Source: an uncultured Bacilli bacterium
GTDB taxonomy: Bacteria; Bacillota_I; Bacilli_A; RF39; UBA660
DNA: 64,000 bases
Direction of reading: 5' to 3'
NCBI GenBank assembly: GCA_947626655.1
Contig: CANQTA010000001.1
Location: 22,750-86,749 of the forward strand
The number at the start of each line of letters is the position of its first letter. Positions within the stretch are counted from its first letter, which is position 1. The notes under the pieces are model-generated. The model worked only from the letters and a program-made list of their open reading frames with translations. It was not told where the DNA came from and made no database searches. This document shows positions 20,468 through 30,183 of this stretch, piece after piece. The translations under genes were made by a program, and so were the position numbers.

Positions 20468-21238
20468 ATGGATAAGTTAAATGATTTATTACAAGAATTA
20501 GGGGTTTCAAAAGTAAGACTTTCAAAGTACTTAGGGGTGTCTAGGCAAATGGTCTATAATTATTTAGTATTAGATTCATTAGACAAGTGGCCAAAAGAAA
20601 AAAAGATATTACTTCTGCAACTTTTAGACTTAAAAGAAGGTACTAATGAAGAGATTGCGAATGTTAAAGTGGATACTGAATACTTAATGAATGTTGAAAA
20701 AAGATTAAATATTGGGGTTAAAAATGGAAATGAATTTGATAGTTTTTTAGATTTAAAAGGCCTTGATAAAGAAAGTCGCATTTTATTAAATGATATTGTC
20801 TTTTTAATTAAAGAAAAGCTCGAAGAAAACAAAAATAATGATTTATATGCCATGAAATATTTGTATAATTTATTACAAGCAATGGATAATGTTCCTGAAA
20901 TTAAATATATGTTAGCTTATATGGCTAAAACAAATGGCTTTATTGGTTCGGAAGAATTTGCTTTTAATGAAGATAAACAATTTATTTTTGAAGCTATTTT
21001 ATATGCTGCCTTAAATTTATATAATAATGGTGGGGCATCGAAGAGCAAAGTGGCTGAAAATAGAAGAAAATTTGTTCAAGAAATTGAAGCTAAAAAAGAA
21101 GAAAAACTAAGTCGGACTCAACAACTTAATACAACTAGAATCCAAGCACTAAAAGAATTAGGATATACTGAAATAAATGAAGGAAATGCTGCTGAAGTTT
21201 TTGAAAAAATTGCGGAGATTCAATCAAGAAAAGTATAA
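20468..21238 (+). CDS. HTH (XRE-like) domain protein, hypothetical regulator
   Basis: N-terminal LLQELGVSKVRLSKYLGVSRQMVYNYL helix-turn-helix. The remainder has no recognisable domain. Confidence 0.45.
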   Translation: MDKLNDLLQELGVSKVRLSKYLGVSRQMVYNYLVLDSLDKWPKEKKILLLQLLDLKEGTNEEIANVKVDTEYLMNVEKRLNIGVKNGNEFDSFLDLKGLDKESRILLNDIVFLIKEKLEENKNNDLYAMKYLYNLLQAMDNVPEIKYMLAYMAKTNGFIGSEEFAFNEDKQFIFEAILYAALNLYNNGGASKSKVAENRRKFVQEIEAKKEEKLSRTQQLNTTRIQALKELGYTEINEGNAAEVFEKIAEIQSRKV

Positions 21239-21259
21239 ATGAATTTGGGGTAGAAGATA

Positions 21260-22156
21260 ATGAAAAAAGATACTAAAAATAAGAACAAGAATAATAGTAG
21301 AGAAAAGGATAAAAAAACTATTAAAAATAATCCAAAAATAAATGGCGAAAAAAAGACTAAAGAAGAAAAAGAAAAGGAAAAAGTATTGGCTATTTTAATA
21401 ATAATTTTTATTGTTATTGTTATTTTATTAATAATTTCAAGGTTTATTAATGGTAATAATTTAAATACGGGTAGTAAGTTGGTTAAAGAATTACATAATA
21501 CTTTAAATACTGATGATTTAACAAATTGTGAAGGTTTATTTGCATATAGTGATAAAGAATTAAGTTATAAAGATATTAAATCTGAAACAAGATTATGTTT
21601 AGCTTATCAAAAAGCAGATATTAAAAATGCGGAAATAGAGAAGTTAGAGGGAAATGATAAAAATCTTTGTGAAAAAGATGGGATGATTTTTAAAACTGAT
21701 GAAAACAGTAAAGAATGTAGTATTAGTAAAATAAAAAAAGATGTAATTGATCAAAAATATCAAGAAATATTTGGTAAAGAAATTGAAAATAATGAAAATT
21801 TTAGAGTAGATAGTTTTCATATTTGTTATTTAAAAGATAATAATTATTATTGTGGCCTTTCAGAAGAGTTTTCTTATACAATTGGTAGCGATTCGTATAT
21901 ATATCGTATTATAGAAAGAGCAGAGAAGAAGAGTGATACCATTAAAATTTATGATTATTTCTTAAAGATTAATGGAAATAAATGCTATGTCAACTACACT
22001 ACTCAAAATAGAAATGAAAATTGTACTAAGGCTTATACTAGTGAAAAAGATGTAAATTATGATTTTTTGGAAAAGTATGGGACTAAATATGAACATACAT
22101 TTAAAAAAGGCGAAAATAATACTTATTACTGGGTAAGTTCTAAGCCAGTCAAATAA
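21260..22156 (+). CDS. hypothetical type-II membrane protein with Cys-containing extracellular domain (298 aa)
   Basis: Lys-rich N-tail, TM helix LAILIIIFIVIVILLIIS, then about 230 aa with 8 Cys. Confidence 0.45.
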   Translation: MKKDTKNKNKNNSREKDKKTIKNNPKINGEKKTKEEKEKEKVLAILIIIFIVIVILLIISRFINGNNLNTGSKLVKELHNTLNTDDLTNCEGLFAYSDKELSYKDIKSETRLCLAYQKADIKNAEIEKLEGNDKNLCEKDGMIFKTDENSKECSISKIKKDVIDQKYQEIFGKEIENNENFRVDSFHICYLKDNNYYCGLSEEFSYTIGSDSYIYRIIERAEKKSDTIKIYDYFLKINGNKCYVNYTTQNRNENCTKAYTSEKDVNYDFLEKYGTKYEHTFKKGENNTYYWVSSKPVK

Positions 22157-22157
22157 A

Positions 22158-22190
22158 AGAGTGTATCACTACTCTTTTTATTTGTAATTA
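22158..22190 (+). terminator. rho-independent terminator
   Basis: aagagtgtatcactactctt hairpin followed by tttatttg. Confidence 0.55.
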
Positions 22191-22763
22191 TTTTAAATGT
22201 ATAATATATATATAATAACCTTATTAAATATATTAAATATATTAAATAGGATATATACGCGTATAATCCTTATATTAATATAAATAATAAGGATATTTTA
22301 TTTATTTTTTAAATTTATATAAAATAATGAATTATGTAAAATTTAAAAAAATATTTTTGAATTTTGTTTAATTATGATTCTAAGAGTGCTATAATTTGTT
22401 TGTTTGATTGATTTATTATATTTTTGGCTTATTTAAAAGCTTTATATAAATTTTGCATAATATATATTATGTTAACCATAACATGAGAAATAAAATTGGA
22501 TAGTTAAATATAAGGTAGTACTCTCCTTTTTTTATTAGTTATTTATTTATGATTACTTATTATTCAAGCAAAAAACAATTAAGTAAATTTATTATATTCC
22601 ATAATACGAACATTTTTTTAGTAAATAATGATTAGTATTTTTTATTATCTTTTACAATTTGTAAAAACTTAACACTACTCTTCTTCTTTAAATATATGGC
22701 AATAAAAATAATGAAATTATTAATACTTTTTATTTTTTTACGTAAAATTTATTGGTGAAGATT

Positions 22764-23510
22764 ATGTCAACATTAAATGCCTTTATTATTTCTAGTTTAG
22801 CTGGGATGTCTACTTTAATTGGTGGAATAATTATTTTTTTAAATATTAAAGAAAAAAACATTAAACGTTTTATAACTTTTTGTTTAGCATTTTCTATTGC
22901 CATTATGATTGGTATTTCCGTAACTGATTTAATTCCTTCATCGCTTTTCGATATTCTTGCAAGTTTTACCCGTTTAAAAGCAATTGTTGTTGTTTTATTT
23001 ACTTTTGGAATAGGTGTCCTTGCCGTTTTAATCATTAATAAATTAATGCAAAAATATGATGATTCTTTATATAAATTAGGGATTATGAGTATGTTGGCTT
23101 TAATGCTTCACAATTTTCCAGAAGGTATCGCCACTTTCATTGGGGGAATTCACGATACATCGTTAGGTTTAAAATTAGCGATAGCTATTGCTTTTCATAA
23201 TATCCCCGAAGGCATTGCCATTGCTGTTCCAATATACTATGCTACTAAATCTAAAACCAAAGCCTTAAAGGCCACTCTTCTCTCTGGCTTAGCAGAACCT
23301 TTAGGAGCTCTTTTAGCCTTTTTGTTTTTAAAAAATTATATTACTAATCTTCTAATTAGCTTTACTTTACTTTTTGTTGCTGGTATTATGATTACTTTAG
23401 CCATTGAAGAGATGTTTCCAAAAGCTTTTCAATACCAAGAAAATAAATATTTAACTATTGGTTTATTAAGTGGAATCTTTATTATTATTCTTAATCATTT
23501 TCTTTTTTAA
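22764..23510 (+). CDS. zupT: ZIP-family zinc transporter ZupT
   Basis: HNFPEGIATF and HNIPEGIAIAVP ZIP signature motifs across 8 TM segments. RBS ggtgaag precedes the ATG at 22764. Confidence 0.8.
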   Translation: MSTLNAFIISSLAGMSTLIGGIIIFLNIKEKNIKRFITFCLAFSIAIMIGISVTDLIPSSLFDILASFTRLKAIVVVLFTFGIGVLAVLIINKLMQKYDDSLYKLGIMSMLALMLHNFPEGIATFIGGIHDTSLGLKLAIAIAFHNIPEGIAIAVPIYYATKSKTKALKATLLSGLAEPLGALLAFLFLKNYITNLLISFTLLFVAGIMITLAIEEMFPKAFQYQENKYLTIGLLSGIFIIILNHFLF

Positions 23511-23593
23511 GCCAATTATTACCATAAATTTTCTTCTTTTCAAAGTATTATTAAAATAATTTAAACCATAATAATATTGGGAGGGAAGAAAAA

Positions 23594-23752
23594 ATGAGTA
23601 GAAATAGTAATAATAGTAGTTGCAATAGTTCTAACAGTTCAAGAAGTAATAATAGTTCTCGTAACAGTAATAGAAGTAATAGCAACAATAGTCAAAATAG
23701 TAGTAACAACAGTAGAAGCAACAACAAATCTCGTAATAGTCAAAGTAGATAG
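23594..23752 (+). CDS. 52-aa low-complexity Ser/Asn/Arg-only peptide
   Basis: Strong RBS gggagggaag 8 nt upstream of the ATG. Translates MSRNSNNSSCNSSNSSRSNNSSRNSNRSNSNNSQNSSNNSRSNNKSRNSQSR*. Too short for the ORF track. Confidence 0.35.
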   Translation: MSRNSNNSSCNSSNSSRSNNSSRNSNRSNSNNSQNSSNNSRSNNKSRNSQSR

Positions 23753-23793
23753 TAAATTACTTAAAAAAGAAGATGGTTCAATATCTTCTTTTT

Positions 23794-24675
23794 TTAATTA
23801 TAATGAGGATGGTTTTTATAATCATCTTTTATTTTTTCGTTAGAAATATGGGAATATATTTCCGTAGTTGATAAATTTTCATGGCCTAATAATTCTTGAA
23901 TAATTCTTAAATTAGCCCCATTATTTAATAAATGAGTGGCAAAAGAGTGTCTTATAATGTGTGGCGATATTTCTTTGTTGATATGACTTTCTTCACAGCG
24001 TTTAACTAAAATTTTAAAAAAACCTTGTCTAGTCATTTTTTGCCCATTGTAATTTAAAAATAAATAATCGGTATCATTTTTAACTAGAAAATTGCGATAT
24101 TCATTAATATATAAATCTAAATATTTAATAGCAATCGCTGAGATTGGAATAATTCTTTCTTTACTTCCCTTCCCCATTACTTTAATAATTTCATCCTCTT
24201 TATTATAACTAGCTAATCTAAGATTTAATAATTCAGATATTCGCATCCCAGTAGCATACAATAATTCAAGCATTGCTTTATTACGATATTCTAAAGGTTT
24301 TTTAGGATCAAAATCTAATAACTTAATTATTTCATCTTCTGTTAAAAATTTTGGTAGGCGTTTACCAATCTTTGGCATTTTTATATTTAAACAAGGATTT
24401 ATCTCAATTCTTTTTTTATCGACTAAAAAGTCATAAAACGATTTCAAAACGGTTAAATAATGTGCTTTGGTTTTACTACTATCTTGAAAACTATATAAGT
24501 AAGTTTGAATTTCATCTTCAGTCAAATCAGCAATATTTTGATCTGGAAAATATTTACATACTTCTATTAAATTATAGCGATAAGAAAGGTATGTATTATT
24601 AGCTAATTTTCGTTCATATTTTAAATAATCGAGATAATCGACAATTTCTTGACATAATGTTATTTCATTTTTCAT
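23794..24675 (-). CDS. tyrosine recombinase XerC/XerD family
   Basis: HIIRHSFATHLLNNGANLRIIQELLGHENLSTTEIYSHI catalytic box with an N-terminal SAM-like domain, 293 aa. It is chromosomal (between zupT and rarA) and not flanked by mobile-element genes. Confidence 0.8.
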   Translation of the reverse strand: MKNEITLCQEIVDYLDYLKYERKLANNTYLSYRYNLIEVCKYFPDQNIADLTEDEIQTYLYSFQDSSKTKAHYLTVLKSFYDFLVDKKRIEINPCLNIKMPKIGKRLPKFLTEDEIIKLLDFDPKKPLEYRNKAMLELLYATGMRISELLNLRLASYNKEDEIIKVMGKGSKERIIPISAIAIKYLDLYINEYRNFLVKNDTDYLFLNYNGQKMTRQGFFKILVKRCEESHINKEISPHIIRHSFATHLLNNGANLRIIQELLGHENLSTTEIYSHISNEKIKDDYKNHPHYN

Positions 24676-24763
24676 AAAATTCCTCTATCCTAAGTAAATT
24701 ATACCATAAATTATTTAAAAGATAAGCTTATTTTGATATAATTATTTACATGGATGTGATAAT

Positions 24764-25960
24764 GTGGAAGTTTTAGCAGATATTTTAAGACCCCAAAAAC
24801 TAACTGATGTGATTGGTCAAAATCATTTAATTGGTGAGGGAAAAATATTAACTAATCTCGTTTTAAATAAAAAATTATTTTCAATGATATTTTATGGTAA
24901 ACCAGGAATTGGTAAAACTAGTATTGCTTATGCTTTAAGCAAAGAATTTAATATGCGTACTAAGTTTTTAAATGCTACTACTTCTAAAAAGGAAGATTTT
25001 GACAATGCGATTGAAGAAGCTAAATTTTATGGTGATACCATTTTAGTAGTTGATGAAATTCACCGAATGAATAAAGATAAACAAGATATTTTACTTCCCC
25101 ATTTAGAAAAAGGAACCATTATTTTAATTGGCCTTACTACTAGTAATCCCTATCATAAAATTAATCCCGCGATTCGAAGTCGTTGTCAAATTTTTGAATT
25201 GCATGATTTAAGTGAAGATGATATTATTACAGCTTTAAAAAGGGCTAAGCAAATTTTAACAGATATTAAAATTAATGAAGAAGCTTATGCTTATATTGCG
25301 AAATTAGCTAGTGGTGATGTTCGTAGTGCTTTAAATCTTTTAGAAATTGCTTACTACTCTAGTACCAATCATGAAATAACTATTGATATTTTAAAAAATA
25401 TTAATTCTAAACCAGTATTATTTCATGACAAAAATGAAGATGGTCATTATGATGTTTTGAGTGCCTTACAAAAATCAATCCGTGGTAGTGATGTTGATGC
25501 TACTCTACATTATATGGCCAGATTAATTGAGGTCGAAGATTTAGATAGTATTTATCGGCGCCTTTCAGTTATTGCCTATGAAGATATTGGTCTTGCTAAT
25601 CCTGGAATTGGTCCTCGTCTAGATGCTGCTATTAATGCTGCCGAAAGAGTTGGTTTACCAGAGGCCCGAATTCCTTTAGGAGAAATTGCTATCGAAATGG
25701 CTTTATCTCCCAAAAGTAATAGTGCAATTATGGCAATTGATGCGGCTTTAAGTGATATTCATAAAGGAACAGTTGGAAATATCCCAGACCATATTAAAAA
25801 TGGTAATCCTAATTATAAATATCCTCATAATTTTAAAAATGATTGGGTATATCAAGAATATTTGCCTAAAGAATTACAAGGTGTTAAATATTATCAAGCT
25901 AAAAATAATTTAGTAGAAAAAAATCTTAATAAAGTTTACGAGGAGATGAAAAAGGGTTAA
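24764..25960 (+). CDS. rarA: replication-associated recombination protein A (RarA/MgsA)
   Basis: GQNHLIGEGKIL, Walker A GKPGIGKTSIA, VDEIHR and a MgsA_C domain. Confidence 0.85.
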   Translation: MEVLADILRPQKLTDVIGQNHLIGEGKILTNLVLNKKLFSMIFYGKPGIGKTSIAYALSKEFNMRTKFLNATTSKKEDFDNAIEEAKFYGDTILVVDEIHRMNKDKQDILLPHLEKGTIILIGLTTSNPYHKINPAIRSRCQIFELHDLSEDDIITALKRAKQILTDIKINEEAYAYIAKLASGDVRSALNLLEIAYYSSTNHEITIDILKNINSKPVLFHDKNEDGHYDVLSALQKSIRGSDVDATLHYMARLIEVEDLDSIYRRLSVIAYEDIGLANPGIGPRLDAAINAAERVGLPEARIPLGEIAIEMALSPKSNSAIMAIDAALSDIHKGTVGNIPDHIKNGNPNYKYPHNFKNDWVYQEYLPKELQGVKYYQAKNNLVEKNLNKVYEEMKKG

Positions 25961-26937
25961 TGAAAATAACAATTATTGGTACTGGGGCATATGGAATAGG
26001 CATTGCCATGATGCTAGCTAAAAAGAATAATAACAATATTGTAATGTGGACAGAAAGTAATGAAAAATATCAAGAATTTCAAAAAACTCATAAAATTAAT
26101 TCTATTTTTCCTGATTTAGAATTTCCAACCAATATTACGCTTACTACCGATTTAGAAATAGCTTTAGAAGATACTAATTTAATCTTTTTAATTACTAAAG
26201 CTGAATATGTTGCTCTGGTTTGTGATAATATCCGTCCTTTTTATAAAAATACCCCTATTTGCATAGCTTCCAAAGGGATTGATAGTACTACCTTAAATAC
26301 ATTATCTACCTTAGTCAGAACTAAACTCCAAACTAAAAATATTGCCGTTATTTCTGGGCCAACTTTTGCCATTGATTTAATTCATAATGAACCAACCGCT
26401 TTAGCTATAGCCGGTTTAAATAAAAAAACTATTCAATTAGTTAAAGATAATTTAGCTAATGCTACTTTAAAATTGCGAACTTCTAGTGATTTGATTGGTA
26501 TCGAACTTTGTGGTAGTTTAAAAAACATTATTGCTATTGCAGCTGGTATTTTAAAAGGCTTAGGTTACTCAGAATCCACAGAAGCCTTCTTAATCAATGA
26601 ATCATTACATGATATTAAAAATATTATACATATCTTAGGGGGAAAACGAAAAACAATTCTTTCATTTGCGGGAATTGGTGATTTATTATTAACTTGTTCT
26701 TCCCCTAAAAGTCGTAATTATTCTTTTGGCTATTTAATTGGACAAACTAAAGATCAAATCAAAATTCAAAAATACTTAAAAGAAAATACTGTTGAAGGTT
26801 ATTATACTCTTAATTCAGTTCATCAAATGCTAGAAAAAAAAGGAATTGATATTCCCCTTATTACTATTATTAATAATATTGTATGCCATGGTACAGATCC
26901 TGAAGAATTAGTTACCTTTTTAATTAACAAACCTTAA
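25960..26937 (+). CDS. gpsA: NAD(P)H-dependent glycerol-3-phosphate dehydrogenase
   Basis: MKITIIGTGAYGIGIAMML Rossmann start, GpsA length and motifs. Confidence 0.75.
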   Translation: MKITIIGTGAYGIGIAMMLAKKNNNNIVMWTESNEKYQEFQKTHKINSIFPDLEFPTNITLTTDLEIALEDTNLIFLITKAEYVALVCDNIRPFYKNTPICIASKGIDSTTLNTLSTLVRTKLQTKNIAVISGPTFAIDLIHNEPTALAIAGLNKKTIQLVKDNLANATLKLRTSSDLIGIELCGSLKNIIAIAAGILKGLGYSESTEAFLINESLHDIKNIIHILGGKRKTILSFAGIGDLLLTCSSPKSRNYSFGYLIGQTKDQIKIQKYLKENTVEGYYTLNSVHQMLEKKGIDIPLITIINNIVCHGTDPEELVTFLINKP

Positions 26938-27595
26938 TTAAATCATTAATTATATAATTAACAATTAACAATCCAGCAATACTAGGAGAAGTAATTAAAG
27001 AATTGACTTTTCCTTTTTTTAAAGGTAATTCTTGACTAGAGACTACTACTACCTTACTATTTAAATGATTTTCTTTTATTAATTTTCGTAAATTTCTAGC
27101 TAAAGGATCATTAAAAGTTTTATCTAAAGTTGTAATAATAATTTTACTAGCATCTACTCGATTACCCATCCCCATTGCTGAAATAATTTTAATATGATTA
27201 TTTTGGGCAAATCTAATCAATTCTAATTTCGTATTTAAAGTATCACAAGCATCAATAATGTAATCATAGTCATTTGCTAAAGTATTAATATTATCAGCAT
27301 TTAAAAACATATCTAAAGCCTTTATTTGAATATCTTTATTAATTTCTTGGCTATGCTCATAACATACTGCTACCTTCCTCCAGCCAATGGTTTTTTGGGT
27401 TGCTACTAACTGTCTATTTAAATTGGTAATCTCGACTTTATCCTTATCAATTATAGTAATATCTTGAAAGCCACTACGAATTAAAGCTTCAAAAGCAAAA
27501 CCACCAACGCCACCAACTCCTACTAAAAGAATTTTACTATTTTTTATTTGCTTAAAATTATTTTCTCCTATTAATTCAATTATGCGTTCATACAT
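26924..27595 (-). CDS. tcdA: ThiF/MoeB-family tRNA threonylcarbamoyladenosine dehydratase (TcdA/CsdL-like)
   Basis: ILLVGVGGVGGFAFEALIRSGFQDITIIDKDKVEITNLNRQ dinucleotide-binding motif, 223 aa. Confidence 0.7.
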   Translation of the reverse strand: MYERIIELIGENNFKQIKNSKILLVGVGGVGGFAFEALIRSGFQDITIIDKDKVEITNLNRQLVATQKTIGWRKVAVCYEHSQEINKDIQIKALDMFLNADNINTLANDYDYIIDACDTLNTKLELIRFAQNNHIKIISAMGMGNRVDASKIIITTLDKTFNDPLARNLRKLIKENHLNSKVVVVSSQELPLKKGKVNSLITSPSIAGLLIVNYIINDLIKVC

Positions 27596-27599
27596 ATTT

Positions 27600-27735
27600 T
27601 TACTCCCATTTAAAAACCTAGGGGAAAGTTACTGGATAAAATCCCGCTCTCTCGCAGGTGGTAGAACACATCTAAAGCATTAGGATTCTAACTTATAAAG
27701 TTAGCATTCAACACAACTAAAGAATTAGTTCCCCA
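27600..27735 (-). ncRNA. candidate structured 5' leader / unclassified small RNA immediately upstream of tcdA
   Basis: Minus-strand GGGGAAC...(about 105 nt)...AGTAACTTTCCCC long-range stem, with an internal GC-rich core CTACCACCTGCGAGAGAGCGGGA. It sits in an otherwise AT-rich spacer and ends 15 nt before the tcdA RBS. No match to a known riboswitch could be established by eye. Confidence 0.2.
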
Positions 27736-27828
27736 ATTTATCTATATAGTCGGTTTTATATGAATAACTTACCTTACTAGGTATTTATATTATAACATAG
27801 AATTATTTAATTATACACCTATTTTTTA

Positions 27829-29631
27829 CTATTTGACACTCTTAGTTCTTTTTAAAGTTAAATTAACTTGTTCGTAAGGTTGGCGACAATATACTTGGCC
27901 ACCAATTTGTAATTTAGATAATACTTCATCCGTTGGCAAATAATTACAAATTAAATCACCTTGAATAACAATTTGTTCTAAATTTTCAGTATTGGTGATA
28001 CTTTGCATAATTAAATTACCCCCAATAAATTTCAGACTTTTTAAATCTTCTAAACTAGTTAGATTATTAAAATCAGCATCGTTTCCTATGTATTTTAAAT
28101 TACCTAAACCACGGGCATCTTCTAAATTAGCAAAAGCTGCCATGCCGCCAATTATTTCTAAATTCTCTAAACCTTGGGAACTTTTTAAATTGTAAAAATG
28201 AGCTGCGCTACCAATATATTTTAAATTAGGAATACTTAAAGCATTATCTTTTAATGAATTACCATTAAGATAATTAGTAACTCTTATTAAATGAGGGTAA
28301 TTAGCATTTGCTTCTAAATATAAAGAACCGACTACAAACATCAAACTAGTAATTTCTTTTTTTAAAAGGCCATAATAACACAAAGTATCTGCATTTATAT
28401 TATTTAAATTGGTAGCTACATTTAGAGGACTTAAACTAAATATTTTAGCTAAATCAATAGTTATATTACGTTTTTTAATCATCAAAGATAAGCGAGGGTC
28501 AATTCCATAACCAAAATATTTTATTTGGTAATCAATTTCATATAAACAACTTAATTCTTGATCATTTAACTCTTTACCACTTAAAAATTTTTCATAAATA
28601 GTTGTAATTATAATGTTATCATTTAATTTTGATAAATAAACAGCAGCATTTGAAAAATCTTTAATTTTAGTAGCTAAAACTTCTTGAAGACAAGGCTCAA
28701 CATTTTGATTGCTATCTTGGATTCCTCTTATCTCTTGAATTTTATTATTTTGTACTCTAATGGCAATTCGAGGAATAGTATAATTATTTTCTTCATCTAA
28801 AGTATAGTAGATGTAAAACTCACTAACTTCTAATTGTTTTTTAGCCGTTTCTAGATTAGTTGTACACCAACAAGTATTATATCCTTTTAGAGAATTAGCT
28901 AACAATTGATAATCTCCATGTTGCGGATAATAAAACCACTTCCCTTTTTGATTAATATTTTGATTAGCTAGATATTCTTTTTCACAATAGAAATAAGTAA
29001 ATATTTTCGGAAAGTTATAACTAGCAAATAAAGAGGTTAAAGATCCTAAATTATTTCCATTTAAGTATTTTACTAGTAAATCAAATATCTTTTCTATTAA
29101 ATCTGGTTGAATTTCAATAAATGGAGCGATTGTAGATAAGGTGCGCCTTCGAAAACTTTTTGTATCTTTATTATATGTTCCTAGTTTAATAAGACCTTGA
29201 AAAGCCCAAAATTTAAAAAAATATGGATAGTCTTTTTGATTAAAATATGCTAACCATTGCTCTAAAGAATTTTGAGCGTTTTTAATTACCTTTATAGTTT
29301 CTGTTTCTAATTCTTGGTTTGTCAATTTAGTAGCCATACTATTCATTAAAGTAAAAGAATTTTCATAATAATTACTGGGGATATTGGTTGACTTAATTAC
29401 ATATCTTTTTTGATAATACATGGTTAAAATTGGTCTATCTTTATAATAGTCTGACAATTTTTGCAATTTATTCAAGTAGACCCTTATTTCGTTAATTTTT
29501 TCTTCGCGAGAATTAAATTCTCTCTCTTTTAATAAATTATTTCGTACGGCTAAATCATATAAATAATTATAAAATTTTTTTGTTAATTCATTCATGGTAA
29601 TAAAATTAGCTTCTCTTTCTGATAAGTTCAT
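27829..29631 (-). CDS. large hypothetical protein (600 aa) with C-terminal BspA-type leucine-rich repeats
   Basis: The C-terminal ~130 aa carry repeating NLKYIG..AF.NL..L..LE.IGG units, typical of the LRR5/BspA class. The N-terminal 450 aa are uncharacterised. Last gene of a four-gene operon; its start overlaps the upstream gene by 26 nt. Confidence 0.6.
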   Translation of the reverse strand: MNLSEREANFITMNELTKKFYNYLYDLAVRNNLLKEREFNSREEKINEIRVYLNKLQKLSDYYKDRPILTMYYQKRYVIKSTNIPSNYYENSFTLMNSMATKLTNQELETETIKVIKNAQNSLEQWLAYFNQKDYPYFFKFWAFQGLIKLGTYNKDTKSFRRRTLSTIAPFIEIQPDLIEKIFDLLVKYLNGNNLGSLTSLFASYNFPKIFTYFYCEKEYLANQNINQKGKWFYYPQHGDYQLLANSLKGYNTCWCTTNLETAKKQLEVSEFYIYYTLDEENNYTIPRIAIRVQNNKIQEIRGIQDSNQNVEPCLQEVLATKIKDFSNAAVYLSKLNDNIIITTIYEKFLSGKELNDQELSCLYEIDYQIKYFGYGIDPRLSLMIKKRNITIDLAKIFSLSPLNVATNLNNINADTLCYYGLLKKEITSLMFVVGSLYLEANANYPHLIRVTNYLNGNSLKDNALSIPNLKYIGSAAHFYNLKSSQGLENLEIIGGMAAFANLEDARGLGNLKYIGNDADFNNLTSLEDLKSLKFIGGNLIMQSITNTENLEQIVIQGDLICNYLPTDEVLSKLQIGGQVYCRQPYEQVNLTLKRTKSVK

Positions 29632-30112
29632 TTTTTAACTTTACTGTTTCATTTTCTAATGCAGCAATAATTTCTTCTTGGCTATAAGATTCATTTAATA
29701 AATCTTTGACTGTTTTAGCAATAACTTCTAAAGGACGATTAGTAATTGCTGGTAAAATTTCATTAATATTAAGCCAAGTAATAAAACTATATTCTGGTAA
29801 TTGTAAAACTTTAGGATCAATTCCATAAAGTCTATAAGTATGCGGTTTATTCAAATTAATTATTTCAAACACAGAAAAATAATTTTCGCCATTGGTAAAA
29901 TAATAAGTATGGACACTAGGATTAATAGTAGTTTGAAAAATTTTAAAATAATCTTTCAAAGTATTAAAAAGCAATTGCATATTTTCATAATCTGTTTCAC
30001 CAACATAATAATCTCTTTTACCAGAACTATTAAAATTTTTGTAATCTAAACTAAGAATACTAGTAATCCATTCATTAAAGCCCATCTTATTTTGATATTG
30101 CTCATTATTCAT
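29606..30112 (-). CDS. hypothetical protein (168 aa), third gene of the operon
   Basis: No recognisable motif. Tightly packed between the ATPase and LRR genes. Confidence 0.5.
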   Translation of the reverse strand: MNNEQYQNKMGFNEWITSILSLDYKNFNSSGKRDYYVGETDYENMQLLFNTLKDYFKIFQTTINPSVHTYYFTNGENYFSVFEIINLNKPHTYRLYGIDPKVLQLPEYSFITWLNINEILPAITNRPLEVIAKTVKDLLNESYSQEEIIAALENETVKLKNELIRKRS

Positions 30113-30183
30113 TATCTATACCTCATTTCTAATAATAATTATTATATATTAAATCAAGAAAAAAAGCACTAATTTTTGTGCAT

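Noticed and set aside
22157-22763. Long AT-rich spacer considered as a replication origin
   Set aside because: No DnaA-box (TTATCCACA-like) clusters are visible, and dnaA and dnaN are not adjacent.
23594-23752. Repetitive agt/aat/aga tract considered as a CRISPR array or simple tandem repeat
   Set aside because: No regular repeat-spacer periodicity, only codon-level low complexity. No cas genes are present anywhere in the window.
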